Part shown: positions 1 to 9,019 of the stretch, piece by piece | Numbering within the stretch: position 1 is the stretch's first letter | How the letters are laid out: every line of letters begins with the position of its first letter | From: a virus | Lineage: Duplodnaviria > Caudoviricetes | Virus record (IMG/VR): IMGVR_UViG_3300048687_000155 | Coordinates: 1-39,451 of that record | Length of the DNA stretch: 39,451 bases | Strand: one strand, 5' to 3' | Position numbers and translations under genes: made by a program | The notes under the pieces: model-generated | What the model was told of the DNA's origin: nothing | The model's input: the letters and a program-made list of their open reading frames with translations, nothing else | Databases searched by the model: none

Positions 1-125
1 GGATTTCAGTCTCTTTCCCTTTCCATCGGGCTCGCGTCTTCTCTAACTCGCGATTCAGTTCAAGCATTAGCTTCTGATGCTTCTCGCGCCGAAGGCGCTC
101 CCGTATGCCTGCTTTAATCGGGTCG
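1..125. repeat. Direct terminal repeat, copy 1 (identical to 39327-39451); most likely circular-assembly overlap
   Basis: ggatttcagt...ttaatcgggtcg occurs at both ends, 125 bp. Confidence 0.95.
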
Positions 126-145
126 TGACGTTTCGGTGGCAGCAT
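1..145 (-). CDS. Small basic hypothetical protein spanning the circular junction (54 aa, MLPPKRHDPIK...RGFKNE; stop at 39307-39309)
   Basis: Manual translation from ATG at 145 across the terminal repeat; overlaps both neighbouring minus-strand genes. Confidence 0.6.
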   Translation of the reverse strand, partial: MLPPKRHDPIKAGIRERLRREKHQKLMLELNRELEKTRARWKGKETEI

Positions 146-506
146 TAGACTGACCCTCTATTTCCTTCAAATAATCCACTAAATCGTTTGGTTCACTCAC
201 TGTAATTACCGGGATCTTAAACGCCGTCGCGATCTCGAAGTGCTTCTGCTCCTGCACCAGGCTCAACGCGCCCTTCTGCCGCTTGGTTTCAAGGAAGAAC
301 CCGGGGTGTCTTTGATGGACACATATATAGTCGGGCAAGCCCGGGGACCCGATTCGGATGAAGCGTCCATCGGGTGTCTTAAACAAACCGCTTTGCAGGC
401 GCACCACATACCACCCGCGATAAGCCAGTAAATCACGGCACGATTTTTCAACGTTATCCTCACTGAGTTGCGGAGCTAGCGGGGGCTTTAGCTTGAAGTG
501 GCGCAC
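114..506 (-). CDS. VRR-NUC family PD-(D/E)xK nuclease
   Basis: SEDNVEK...GLPDYIC...FLETKRQKGALSLVQ pattern. Confidence 0.8.
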   Translation of the reverse strand: MRHFKLKPPLAPQLSEDNVEKSCRDLLAYRGWYVVRLQSGLFKTPDGRFIRIGSPGLPDYICVHQRHPGFFLETKRQKGALSLVQEQKHFEIATAFKIPVITVSEPNDLVDYLKEIEGQSNAATETSRPD

Positions 507-538
507 CCCCGCAGCATACCGCTACTCGCTTCAGCGCA

Positions 539-892
539 CTACCAGGACCAATCCGAACAGCACTTAGGAGTGCTAAAGGACGGGAACGTTGGCTGCGAAG
601 GAAAACCGAACGTTGATTGTGGAGCGATGATGATCGGGGCCGAGGTAGCTAGCGGGTTATTGGCGCTGTATGGCGAGATGGCGCTGCCATAGATGCCGAT
701 CGGATTGTTAATCGATAGCGGGCTGATCTTGCTCCCGTAAATACCGATCGGATTCGATGTCGAATACGGATCGATAGGATTAGACGACAAGTTCCCGAGG
801 AATACGCCCTTGCCGTCATTCGAGTAAAGGCGTGGTGCTTGTTGCCCGAAGGCAGTCATAGCAAGTAGAGTGGCAGTGATAAGTAGTTTCAT
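539..892 (-). CDS. Exported protein with repeated NPIGIYGS motifs
   Basis: Signal peptide MKLLITATLLAMTAFG; two NPIGIYGSxIS repeats. Confidence 0.7.
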   Translation of the reverse strand: MKLLITATLLAMTAFGQQAPRLYSNDGKGVFLGNLSSNPIDPYSTSNPIGIYGSKISPLSINNPIGIYGSAISPYSANNPLATSAPIIIAPQSTFGFPSQPTFPSFSTPKCCSDWSW

Positions 893-1018
893 AAGTTGTC
901 CTTGTTCAAATTGTTAATACATTCCGCACCGGATACTTCGTCTCATCGTGGTTCTGATCGTGTGTGGCGATAGGAAGAAACCATCCCGATTCGAAGCATC
1001 CGGCTTGGAAACTTGTTG

Positions 1019-1258
1019 TTAATCCACCAGCTCGCACTCAAGATCGTAATATCCCGGCGGCAACGGATCCGGGGCCAGCCTGATCTGCCAGGCTGCGATC
1101 CATTCCGTTTTCCGCTCGAGATTCAGGTGGTGCTTGCCGCTCGCTTTAGCGCTGGGTGCCTGAAGCTCCGTGTACAACTGGTCGAGAGCGTCCCATAGTA
1201 AATCCCGCTCCCGCTCGATTCTCGCGAGGCGGGCTTTGATCTTCTTGTGCTTTGCCAT
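1019..1258 (-). CDS. Hypothetical protein
   Basis: ATG overlaps the stop of the Gp157 gene. Confidence 0.6.
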   Translation of the reverse strand: MAKHKKIKARLARIERERDLLWDALDQLYTELQAPSAKASGKHHLNLERKTEWIAAWQIRLAPDPLPPGYYDLECELVD

Positions 1259-1773
1259 TAGCTTCTCTTTAGGTGCTCCCGAACCTCGATGGCTACGCCA
1301 GGGATATCTTCACCCATCTTTAAAGCACGTTTTATAGGCTCTTTTGGGACCGTTACCGTTTGGACTACCGATTTCCACTCGGCCGGCACAAGGTCGGGAT
1401 TCACGATCGCGAGCGCCTCGCTGGTTCGAATCCCAAACGTGGTGAACTTGCCTTTCAGCTTCTGGTCAGGGCGTTTGCGGAGCACCTCGAGTAAATAGCC
1501 TTCCAGCCGGTTCTGTGCCCTTTCCGCGGCTTTCTCGCGGGCCATCAGGCGATCCCGCTCGGCCTTGGCGTTCATCTGGATGTTCTCAAGCGACTTCAGC
1601 ACGCCCGCGATGCTGTCGATCTTTGAGGCGAGTTTGCCAACGTACTGCTCGATCTTTAGGGAGAGCTCCTCACGGTGTTCTTCCGGACACGAGTCAAGCG
1701 AGTCGAGTAACGCTTCAAGGTCCTCTTCAATCAACCACAAGGGGTCTGATGCTACAGCTACGGTGTTCGTCAT
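1258..1773 (-). CDS. Siphovirus Gp157-family protein
   Basis: Coiled-coil N-terminus; C-terminal KEPIKRALKMGEDIPGVAIE motif. Confidence 0.8.
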   Translation of the reverse strand: MTNTVAVASDPLWLIEEDLEALLDSLDSCPEEHREELSLKIEQYVGKLASKIDSIAGVLKSLENIQMNAKAERDRLMAREKAAERAQNRLEGYLLEVLRKRPDQKLKGKFTTFGIRTSEALAIVNPDLVPAEWKSVVQTVTVPKEPIKRALKMGEDIPGVAIEVREHLKRS

Positions 1774-1916
1774 TTTGGTTTTCCTCAGGTTTTAACGCCG
1801 AAACGCGGATCTGAGCTTCGGCATAGCAGTCACGGCAGATCCCGCCCGGATCCTGTAGCGCTTCGATCAACACGGTTCGTTTGCACACGGTACATTGGCG
1901 CGTCATCTTCTTCGCT

Positions 1917-2057
1917 TTAGCGCCGCGTTATGTGTTCCCACCACGTTTTCGAGCAATAGGCTTCCCAGCACACCTGACACCACCCGAACTCACTGCCGAT
2001 GCTGTCGTGAACCTCGAATACCTCGCCGCATTTACAAACCTTGCGTTCCGTGACCAC
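1917..2057 (-). CDS. Small Cys-containing protein (VTERKVCKCGEVF...CQVCWEAYC)
   Basis: Manual translation; starts at the stop of the upstream gene; its stop lies within a CGCTAAAGCG motif. Confidence 0.5.
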   Translation of the reverse strand: MVTERKVCKCGEVFEVHDSIGSEFGWCQVCWEAYCSKTWWEHITRR

Positions 2058-2860
2058 TAGAACGGTACGCTTTCTTCGATCTCGACAAACGGTAGCGGTT
2101 CCTGATGCAGCAGGTCAAACAATTCTCGGCAAACCGCTCGCGCCTCACCAAGGTTCTTCAAGTTTTGCCACTCCGGTGCTCCGTATCCATCCAGAATCTT
2201 CGAGAAGTGTTCGTAGGCCTTATCCGTCCCGTCGCGTGCGGTAAGTTGGTTGACTAGGCCTTGCAGGGCACGGCCAACGCTATCCTTATCGACCATCGTG
2301 GCCTGTAATTTCTGAAGTTCTGTAAGCGGGGCCGATGCTGGGTGCGGGGGTTTCGGTGCGGGGTGAGAGTCTTCCACGTCCTGGGAATAGAATTGGCTTG
2401 CGCCGGTAGTGCTTAACACCGCATCGACCATGGCGCGTTTCTTTGCCATCTTCAAGATGGTGTTCGCTACATCCGCGAGGTTGCGGCGTTTGTTGTACTG
2501 CGATTCGCGGCTGGAGCAGGAACCGATGCCGCTGCCCCGGAGCCGTCCGTCCGCACCCCGGAGAGAACACTTGACCTCATAGGCGAAGAACTCGGGCGCT
2601 TCCCACTGTTCAATCCGCTGAGTCACATCGATATCGGGGGCAAGGCCAAAAAATGCGCAGAGCTTTTCTGCCCCGGGTTTCAGCAGGGTCGGTTTGGTCC
2701 GGGTGCCGGGGATGACGCCGAAGTCTTCGCCCTCGATCATGATTTGTGAGACAAACTCCCGGATCGTGTCCCAACGCTGTTTGGCTTCAGCGATGGTGAG
2801 GGCCGGCATCCCGGACCGCTCGACCTTGTCTTCGATTACCGCCAGCTCCTGATTGCTCAT
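2057..2860 (-). CDS. Conserved phage protein, putative ssDNA-annealing/recombination protein
   Basis: EDFGVIPGT-KPTLLKPGAEKL and NTILKMAKKRAMVDA motifs; next to Gp157. Function is inferred. Confidence 0.6.
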   Translation of the reverse strand: MSNQELAVIEDKVERSGMPALTIAEAKQRWDTIREFVSQIMIEGEDFGVIPGTRTKPTLLKPGAEKLCAFFGLAPDIDVTQRIEQWEAPEFFAYEVKCSLRGADGRLRGSGIGSCSSRESQYNKRRNLADVANTILKMAKKRAMVDAVLSTTGASQFYSQDVEDSHPAPKPPHPASAPLTELQKLQATMVDKDSVGRALQGLVNQLTARDGTDKAYEHFSKILDGYGAPEWQNLKNLGEARAVCRELFDLLHQEPLPFVEIEESVPF

Positions 2861-3060
2861 TTCTTCTCCTTCTTGTGGTAGGTTTTCAAGCCTAACTGAA
2901 GCAGCATCTTGATCGCCTGGGTTTGGTTTCGGGAATAGCTTTCAAAGCGGAACGCTTCAAGCTCGTCGTAAAGCGATGCCTCAACCCATACGTGCAGCTG
3001 CCTCTTGCCTTCTTTCACCTCGGGGGTCTTCGCTTCAGCGCGTGGTAGCGTTGCCTGCAT
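2857..3060 (-). CDS. Ribbon-helix-helix (Arc/CopG-like) regulator
   Basis: 67 aa; beta strand QLHVWV followed by two helices; first gene of the leftward operon. Confidence 0.65.
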   Translation of the reverse strand: MQATLPRAEAKTPEVKEGKRQLHVWVEASLYDELEAFRFESYSRNQTQAIKMLLQLGLKTYHKKEKK

Positions 3061-3124
3061 ATTTAGAAGTATACACTACTATCTGCTAGTTGCAAATCAT
3101 TATTACAACTGATACCATTCTGGT
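3061..3124. promoter_or_regulatory. Divergent sigma70-type promoters sharing a palindromic -35 (TTGCAA, 3090-3095)
   Basis: Plus strand: TTGCAA-17-TACCAT (3113-3118). Minus strand: TTGCAA-16-TATACT (3073-3068). AT-rich gap between divergent operons. Confidence 0.65.
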
Positions 3125-3394
3125 GTGGACAGCTACTACACCTACCTGATCAAAAACGTGGATTACATAGAGGACGAAGAGCAGCCAGAGCCCAAGGTAT
3201 GCATCTGCCCGGATTATGCAGGCACAGCCAACGTGGCGTATTGTGAGGCGTGCGCGGACTGGACGGATAACGTCGAGCTCCGAGCCGAGGTGGCTTACTC
3301 AGAGGAACGCGCCGCAGAGAACAAGCTGTTGCTTGCCAACTTCGAGCTGGTGATGGCGGAAACACGCCGCGCTTTAAGAAAGGAATCCAAGTGA
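3125..3394 (+). CDS. Hypothetical protein with CxC/CxxC motifs
   Basis: First rightward ORF; GTG start just after the -10 box. Confidence 0.6.
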   Translation: MDSYYTYLIKNVDYIEDEEQPEPKVCICPDYAGTANVAYCEACADWTDNVELRAEVAYSEERAAENKLLLANFELVMAETRRALRKESK

Positions 3395-3567
3395 CGAACA
3401 GCTATGAGTGGGAACTGCTCCGCGGCATGCTGAACGATTTAATCGTGAAGGTGGATAAACTCGTTCTCGTCAGCGATCGCCACCAAGCCCTGATCGAACG
3501 CCAGGATGCCCGCTGGGACCGCGTCCGCGAAGCGTTCCTTGCCGAAGGAGAGGAAGACAATGACTAG
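3391..3567 (+). CDS. Hypothetical coiled-coil protein (58 aa)
   Basis: GTGA overlap with the upstream gene; manual translation MTNSYEWELLRG... Confidence 0.55.
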   Translation: MTNSYEWELLRGMLNDLIVKVDKLVLVSDRHQALIERQDARWDRVREAFLAEGEEDND

Positions 3568-3742
3568 CACCACCGCGAATCAGATCCTGGCGGGCATTGC
3601 CGATGACGACTACCGCTCCTTCGACGTGGCCGCGGCGCTTGCCATCCGGCTGATGCAGGTGCAGATAGAGCACCTCACTGTAGAGATAGCCGCACTACGG
3701 CAAGCGCTAGCGTTGCGGGGGGATACCGAGCATGAATTCTAA
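3560..3742 (+). CDS. Hypothetical protein
   Basis: ATG at 3560 after GGAGAGG; start trimmed from the 3506 ORF. Confidence 0.55.
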   Translation: MTSTTANQILAGIADDDYRSFDVAAALAIRLMQVQIEHLTVEIAALRQALALRGDTEHEF

Positions 3743-3998
3743 AGACCCCGCCTATAGCGTTCATGAGGAACCGGTGCCGGTAAAGTTCTACTTCTACCGC
3801 AGACAGCACGCAATGGAGTTCCTGTCCGAGCTCCACAAGCTCGAGGCCGATGCCCAGTTCTCCCAGACGTTCTCCGGGGGCAAGCAGCGTTGGGTGGTGG
3901 TAACGGATCCGGAGACCCTCTGGTTCGGCCCGGGGCTAGCGGACTGGTTCCGCAAAGCGAAGGAGCGCTGGGCACCATCTGAGGGTAAGCTAGCCTGA
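3732..3998 (+). CDS. Hypothetical protein
   Basis: Overlaps both neighbours in the operon. Confidence 0.6.
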   Translation: MNSKDPAYSVHEEPVPVKFYFYRRQHAMEFLSELHKLEADAQFSQTFSGGKQRWVVVTDPETLWFGPGLADWFRKAKERWAPSEGKLA

Positions 3999-4855
3999 TG
4001 AAACACATCGTAGGATTCAGTGGCGGGATCGACTCGCAGGCTTGTTGCCGGTGGGTGCTTAATCAATATCCGGCGGCGGATGTGATCATAACCAATTCGA
4101 GCGCCGGGCAATGGGAAGACCCTTTGACCATCGAGCATGTCGATTGGTACGACGCTTACGTACACCCGGTCATCCGCACCGAAGCCATCGTAGCGGATCT
4201 TTGGGAGACACCGGGTTATGCGGAAAAGCGCGGGTTTGATGGGAATGCGCCCCTGACTTATCAACAGATGTGCGTAATCAAAGGACGCGCACCGTCCCGC
4301 ATGGCGCAGTTTTGCACCAAAATTCTAAAGCTGAAGCCATGCAAACGCTGGTTGGTTAGCGCTTTCGGCGTAGGCGGCACGTATGAAGGGGAAGACTACT
4401 GTTTGTACAAAGGAGTTCGCCGGGAGGAATCCCCGTCGCGTGCAGATACGCCGCGGGAGCAATGGGATGAATACTTCGATTGCCGGATGATCGCACCGTT
4501 GGTTGACTGGACGAAACAGCAGTGCTTCGATTACGTTCAGTCGTACGGGGAACGGATTAACCCGCTATACACGATGGGTTTTAACCGGGTTGGCTGTATG
4601 CCATGCATCAATATCTCTAAGGAAGACATCGTCAACACTTCTATCCGGCGGCCGGATGCCATCCAAAAAGTGCGAGCGCTTGAAGGGGATCTAGGGCGAA
4701 CGTTCTTTTCCGCGAAGACCGTTCCAGGTATCGATCTGGCCTTTATCGATCAGGTTATCGAGTGGGCACACACCGCAAGAGGCGGGCGACAGCAGCTATT
4801 CCCGATCTTCCACGAACGCGAAGCCTGCGAATCGAAGTATGGATTGTGTGAATAA
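3998..4855 (+). CDS. PAPS-reductase (CysH/DndC-like PP-loop) family protein
   Basis: FSGGIDS PP-loop; GVRREES; GFNRVGCMPC. Confidence 0.85.
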   Translation: MKHIVGFSGGIDSQACCRWVLNQYPAADVIITNSSAGQWEDPLTIEHVDWYDAYVHPVIRTEAIVADLWETPGYAEKRGFDGNAPLTYQQMCVIKGRAPSRMAQFCTKILKLKPCKRWLVSAFGVGGTYEGEDYCLYKGVRREESPSRADTPREQWDEYFDCRMIAPLVDWTKQQCFDYVQSYGERINPLYTMGFNRVGCMPCINISKEDIVNTSIRRPDAIQKVRALEGDLGRTFFSAKTVPGIDLAFIDQVIEWAHTARGGRQQLFPIFHEREACESKYGLCE

Positions 4856-4856
4856 G

Positions 4857-5105
4857 ATGAAGATCCTGACGCACGAGGAGTATCTTGCGGAGACCCGGAT
4901 CTTCGGGTTCATCGGGGTTTACAGGTTCTGGAAAACGCTAGTAGAGTCCACCCCTCCCGATCAGCTTAAAGCGGAAGGCTACCGGTTCCTGTGCTCGATT
5001 GCAGAGATGATCGCCAACGAAAAGCAGGGGCAGCCGCTCACCTCGTACGAGGCTGAAGCGCTCGAGTATTGCGGGGTGACCGTGTACTCAGAATACCTGC
5101 AGTGA
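4857..5105 (+). CDS. Hypothetical protein
   Basis: ATG immediately after the upstream stop. Confidence 0.55.
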   Translation: MKILTHEEYLAETRIFGFIGVYRFWKTLVESTPPDQLKAEGYRFLCSIAEMIANEKQGQPLTSYEAEALEYCGVTVYSEYLQ

Positions 5106-5254
5106 AAAAACTCGACACGTGGTCCGAGGCTAACGACGAGGCAGCCCGGATTATTCTTACTAATCCCGATAAATATCCTGGAATTATGCAGGTATGGGCA
5201 CGATTATACCGGAAACTCACCACGATCGAGCAGCTATATAAAAATCAGGCCTGA
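5102..5254 (+). CDS. Small hypothetical protein
   Basis: GTGA overlap with the upstream gene. Confidence 0.5.
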   Translation: MKKLDTWSEANDEAARIILTNPDKYPGIMQVWARLYRKLTTIEQLYKNQA

Positions 5255-5355
5255 TGTGCTGCTCCTACTGCGTTTCGGGTTGGCGGACCCTTCAAACCCA
5301 GGATAGCGCAGGTAAAGTTCGGGTTGCGATAGGATTACAGCGAGCGTAAAATCGA

Positions 5356-5391
5356 AGGGCCTGATACGGTTTCCACGGCGTATCAGGCCCT
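5356..5391. promoter_or_regulatory. 13-bp perfect inverted repeat upstream of prim-pol (terminator or operator)
   Basis: agggcctgatacg-N10-cgtatcaggccct. Confidence 0.5.
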
Positions 5392-5456
5392 CAGACTTTC
5401 TTGTTAACGAGGATCACAATGACCGAGAGCTAGGAGACTCTTCGACCACTTCGACT

Positions 5457-6305
5457 ATGTCTAATATACACGAATTTCCACAGCCCTTGCCAGCGAAAGA
5501 AATCCTGGCTGCGATTCCCCCAGAAATCCGGGGACTCAAACAATACGTTAACTGGTCCTGGAAGCCCGACCCTGACGGCGGGAAACCCACAAAACGAATC
5601 GTGCAATGCGCCAACGCTGTTCTGGCTCGTTCCACCGAACCCAGGGACTGGTCAAGTCTCGACTTCGCCCTCGACCAGTTACATCGATTCGACGGTATTG
5701 CCTTCGTCATCACTCCCCCTTACTGCGGCATCGACCTCGATAACATCTGGCGTTCCGATGCTGCCGAACCACCTCCGGGAGCGCAGAAAATTCTCGATAT
5801 ATTTGCCGACACTTACGGTGAAGCATCTCCAAGCGACACAGGCTACAAAATCTGGTGCAAAGCCCGCGCACCCCATAGCGGTTCCTGGACTATACAAACT
5901 CCCGAAAGCCGCGCAGGCCTGCTAAAACCCTCAGGGATCGAGATCTACGATCACGACCGTTTCTTCACCATTACCGGGCGCTCAAACAACGTCCCCGTCA
6001 TCACCGATCATCAGGCAGATGTTGAAAAGCTGGTCACCTGGCTCGATCGAGTAAAGGCCCGTAATCGCGAAGCCGAACGCAAGGCCCCCCGGCGCTTCGC
6101 CAAATATCCACAGGAGCTAAGCGAGGGCGAACGCTATCCGTTTCTCCGGTCTCTCTGTGGGGCGATGATCGCCTTCAACGCTTGTCCTGAAGCTATCGAA
6201 GCCGCCCTGGTAGTCGCTAACCAAATGCAATGCCAGGATAAATACCCGTTACCTAAACTCCAAACACTTATCCAAGACCTGATCAAAAAGGAACTGGAGA
6301 AATGA
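5457..6305 (+). CDS. AEP primase-polymerase (NrS-1 N-terminal type) with PriCT-like C-terminus
   Basis: GIDLD, EASPSDTG and IEIYDHDRFFTITG motifs; EGERYPFL helical tail. Confidence 0.85.
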   Translation: MSNIHEFPQPLPAKEILAAIPPEIRGLKQYVNWSWKPDPDGGKPTKRIVQCANAVLARSTEPRDWSSLDFALDQLHRFDGIAFVITPPYCGIDLDNIWRSDAAEPPPGAQKILDIFADTYGEASPSDTGYKIWCKARAPHSGSWTIQTPESRAGLLKPSGIEIYDHDRFFTITGRSNNVPVITDHQADVEKLVTWLDRVKARNREAERKAPRRFAKYPQELSEGERYPFLRSLCGAMIAFNACPEAIEAALVVANQMQCQDKYPLPKLQTLIQDLIKKELEK

Positions 6306-7351
6306 AAAACAACCCAGGTTCTGATTGGGATACCTTTGGCGTCGAGGACCCACCTAAAACCAACGGGAAAGACCACAAACCACCACCCCAACAGGAACCA
6401 CCGCCCCGTGTTTACAACTGCGAAGAAGTACTCGCGATCGAAACCCCGACCGAAGAAATGCTGTTTGAGGGGTACCCTATCCCCGCACGCGGAGCCACCC
6501 TTAAAGTGGGAGCGGCCCGCAGCGGGAAAACCCTCCTCGCCGTACAGGAAGCCATCGCGGTCGCTAGTGGAAAACCATTGTTCGATTACTATCGCGTGCT
6601 CACTCCCGGACCGGTATTGATCGTCGAACAGGACGACCCTGGAGGCGCCTCCAGCATTAAAACCATCATCGAACGATCAGGCATTACCAAAGGCTCCAAC
6701 CTGCCGTTACACGTCGCAACCGGGGTAAATTTCGGGTTCGGCCTCGCCATGCTCGACTGGCTCGAAGAACAAATCGAGCGACTGTCCCTTCGCATGATCG
6801 TTCTCGACTCCTATACCGCGCTGCGCGGTCCCCATCAATCCGGCGGGGATATCGTCAAAACCGAACAATTGGAACTTACCGCGCTCGACGAACTCGCCAA
6901 GCGCCGCGCCATGGCTAACCAGATCATCCACCACGGGTCCAAAACCGCCGCCTCGAAAAGCCTGGACTGGACCATGTCCGCGGCCGGCACCTTCGTCATG
7001 GGCGCTGCCACCGAAGCGCAAGTTCACCTCCAACGGTTTTCTGAAATGGACAGCGCCGCCACCGAGCGCCTGATCCGGATCCGCGGCCGGCATTCCGCCG
7101 ACGTTCAGATGGTTCTCAAGTTCCGAAAAGAGACTTTGAACTTCGAGTGGATTCTCGAGGGTAGTGCCGCTTCGTTCTATCCCCTGATCCAGCAAATCCA
7201 GCTGGAGTTCAAACGACAAGCGTTCGACTACAAGGAACTGATGAGTCTCACCGGGGCTAGCCGTTCGACAACATTCCGGCAACTTAACCAACTACAGTTA
7301 GCCGGCGTACTCAATAAGACCGCGCACGGCAAATATATCTTGACTGTGTGA
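6302..7351 (+). CDS. RepA/AAA_25-type replicative helicase with C-terminal wHTH
   Basis: Walker A GAARSGKT; Walker B MIVLDS; IIHH motif. Confidence 0.85.
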   Translation: MKNNPGSDWDTFGVEDPPKTNGKDHKPPPQQEPPPRVYNCEEVLAIETPTEEMLFEGYPIPARGATLKVGAARSGKTLLAVQEAIAVASGKPLFDYYRVLTPGPVLIVEQDDPGGASSIKTIIERSGITKGSNLPLHVATGVNFGFGLAMLDWLEEQIERLSLRMIVLDSYTALRGPHQSGGDIVKTEQLELTALDELAKRRAMANQIIHHGSKTAASKSLDWTMSAAGTFVMGAATEAQVHLQRFSEMDSAATERLIRIRGRHSADVQMVLKFRKETLNFEWILEGSAASFYPLIQQIQLEFKRQAFDYKELMSLTGASRSTTFRQLNQLQLAGVLNKTAHGKYILTV

Positions 7352-7640
7352 GACTCGTGAGACTGATGAGACTATTGAGCCGCGGACCCCCTAAATTGCG
7401 TTAGCTGGTTAACGTTCAAAGTTGAGCGTGAGACTGATAGATCCCTAGGATCTATGAGACTAATGAGACTAATGAGATTAGTGGGACTGATAGAGAGAGC
7501 ACAAAACGCTATGTACGAAGCCAGATACACCCTGGGCGGCGCGAATCAGAGACGAAAGTCTCATCGGTCTCACAGACTCACATAGGGGCCAAAGTCTCAT
7601 TCGGTATTTTTAGTCTCATCAGTCTCATCAGTCTCATCAG
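7349..7640. repeat. Iteron-like TGAGACT repeats with 9-bp period in opposing orientation; putative replication origin
   Basis: Forward copies at 7349, 7358, 7367, 7429, 7455, 7464 (degenerate 7473, 7482); reverse copies at 7557, 7593, 7612, 7621, 7630 (degenerate 7566); non-coding, directly after the helicase. Confidence 0.75.
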
Positions 7641-7665
7641 TAGTAAATGTTAAGGAGGATTACAA

Positions 7666-7971
7666 ATGCTTATCGACTTACAAGACCCGGAGTCCTACTC
7701 CATGTCCCGTCACGACGAATGCTTTTATTGCGAACACAAACTAGGGCCGAAGTTTATCGAATGGAACGGCCAGGGCAAAGACCGATCGCGCTTCTTGACG
7801 ATCGCCTTACACCCTGAATGCGTGATCGAATTGACCTTGCGCTTGATGCGAGACGTGCATGAGTTTGAATGCACCTCCCATGTTCATCTCGACTGGACCG
7901 AAGGCGACGACAAACCTAATCCAGTACGCAGACCCTATGAACGCCAGAAAAACCAGGAGGTCACCAGGTAA
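7666..7971 (+). CDS. Hypothetical Zn-binding protein
   Basis: Strong RBS AAGGAGG; CxxC and HxxC motifs. Confidence 0.65.
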   Translation: MLIDLQDPESYSMSRHDECFYCEHKLGPKFIEWNGQGKDRSRFLTIALHPECVIELTLRLMRDVHEFECTSHVHLDWTEGDDKPNPVRRPYERQKNQEVTR

Positions 7972-8124
7972 CCGAAGTGCTCCAGGGGACCCGTAAAATT
8001 ACGCGTCCCCTTGCGTAACTCCCTCCATCTGGTAGACAATCCTTGAAAGCAGTACCATAGCAACCCACGTTCCGGTCCCGTTGACTCACGTCTAAAACCG
8101 GCTCCCCACCCTCCACCTCCATCC

Positions 8125-8463
8125 ATGCACGCCATAACGTGGCGCATTTCGCGCCAGACCCCTGTCCTCGACCATAACGGCACTCTGCTCTACCGCGCAC
8201 CCCGCGATCGCGTAGAGAGCCTCCTAGCCCGCAAGGACGTGGACCCCAGCCTCAAGGGCGATCGCCTCAAGTCCCTCCGCTTCCGCGGCCCCGATCCCGC
8301 CTTGTCCCTCGAGGGCTCTCACCACAAACGCCCCATCGGCTCCCCCCACAAGAACGAGTCCTACTTCAACGTGCGCGGCTGCTGGCACCTCGACCGCATC
8401 CCCGAGAAATACCGGGAACACTTCGTCGCTGTGCTTACACAGGTGTTGCAAAGTGAACGATAA
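8125..8463 (+). CDS. Hypothetical protein
   Basis: ORF overlapping the start of terS. Confidence 0.55.
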   Translation: MHAITWRISRQTPVLDHNGTLLYRAPRDRVESLLARKDVDPSLKGDRLKSLRFRGPDPALSLEGSHHKRPIGSPHKNESYFNVRGCWHLDRIPEKYREHFVAVLTQVLQSER

Positions 8464-8965
8464 AAAGGGCAAGCGCGAGTTGGTTAAGGAGAGCACGCCA
8501 GCACGGCAGCAGCGGTTTCTCGAGGAAGTTGCCAAGGTCGGCATTCTTGAAGTGGCCGCGATTCGCGCCGGTATTCAACGGATGCAGCATTATCGTTGGC
8601 TGGAGAATCCTGAATACGCGGAAGCATATGCGATAGCCCAGCGGGAATCAGATGCACGTCTGGAAGCGGAAATTCGTCGCCGTGGAGAAGAGGGTTATAA
8701 GCGAGCGGTCTGGCATTTAGGTAAGCAGGTTGGGGAAGAAACCGTATACTCCGACAATCTGCTGATGTTCTACGTGAAACGTAGGATGCCCGAATATCGG
8801 GATGTTTCCTCAACGTCCGTCAACCTGACAGCGAACGTACAGACCAACGTGCGGATTGATTTAACTAAGTTGACTGATGAACAACTAACACAGCTGGAAG
8901 AGTTAGCTAAGACTGCTATAACTCCGCCTGCTTTACCTGCTGTGGATATCGAAGAAGCATCATAA
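8453..8965 (+). CDS. terS: Terminase small subunit
   Basis: N-terminal HTH; G-x-VGEETVYSDNLLMFYVKRRMPEYRD motif; upstream of TerL. Confidence 0.8.
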   Translation: MNDKKGKRELVKESTPARQQRFLEEVAKVGILEVAAIRAGIQRMQHYRWLENPEYAEAYAIAQRESDARLEAEIRRRGEEGYKRAVWHLGKQVGEETVYSDNLLMFYVKRRMPEYRDVSSTSVNLTANVQTNVRIDLTKLTDEQLTQLEELAKTAITPPALPAVDIEEAS

Positions 8966-9019
8966 GTTCCAGTACCTTAGAGCCATTTACCGGATCAGAT
9001 AAATGCGCGATTCTGGGAG

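Noticed and set aside
1-125. Biological terminal repeat of the virion DNA
   Set aside because: It cuts through a gene and P22-like terminases package headfuls; assembler overlap is more likely
2347-2355. Match to TIGR spacer ggggtttcg (also gtgatcata at about 4082) suggesting self-targeting
   Set aside because: Single 9-mers are expected by chance (about 0.3 per spacer), and the partner spacer is not adjacent
7985-8010. Palindrome ggggac-c-cgtaa-aa-ttacg-c-gtcccc after the early operon
   Set aside because: Single copy and no T tract; cannot tell operator, terminator or chance
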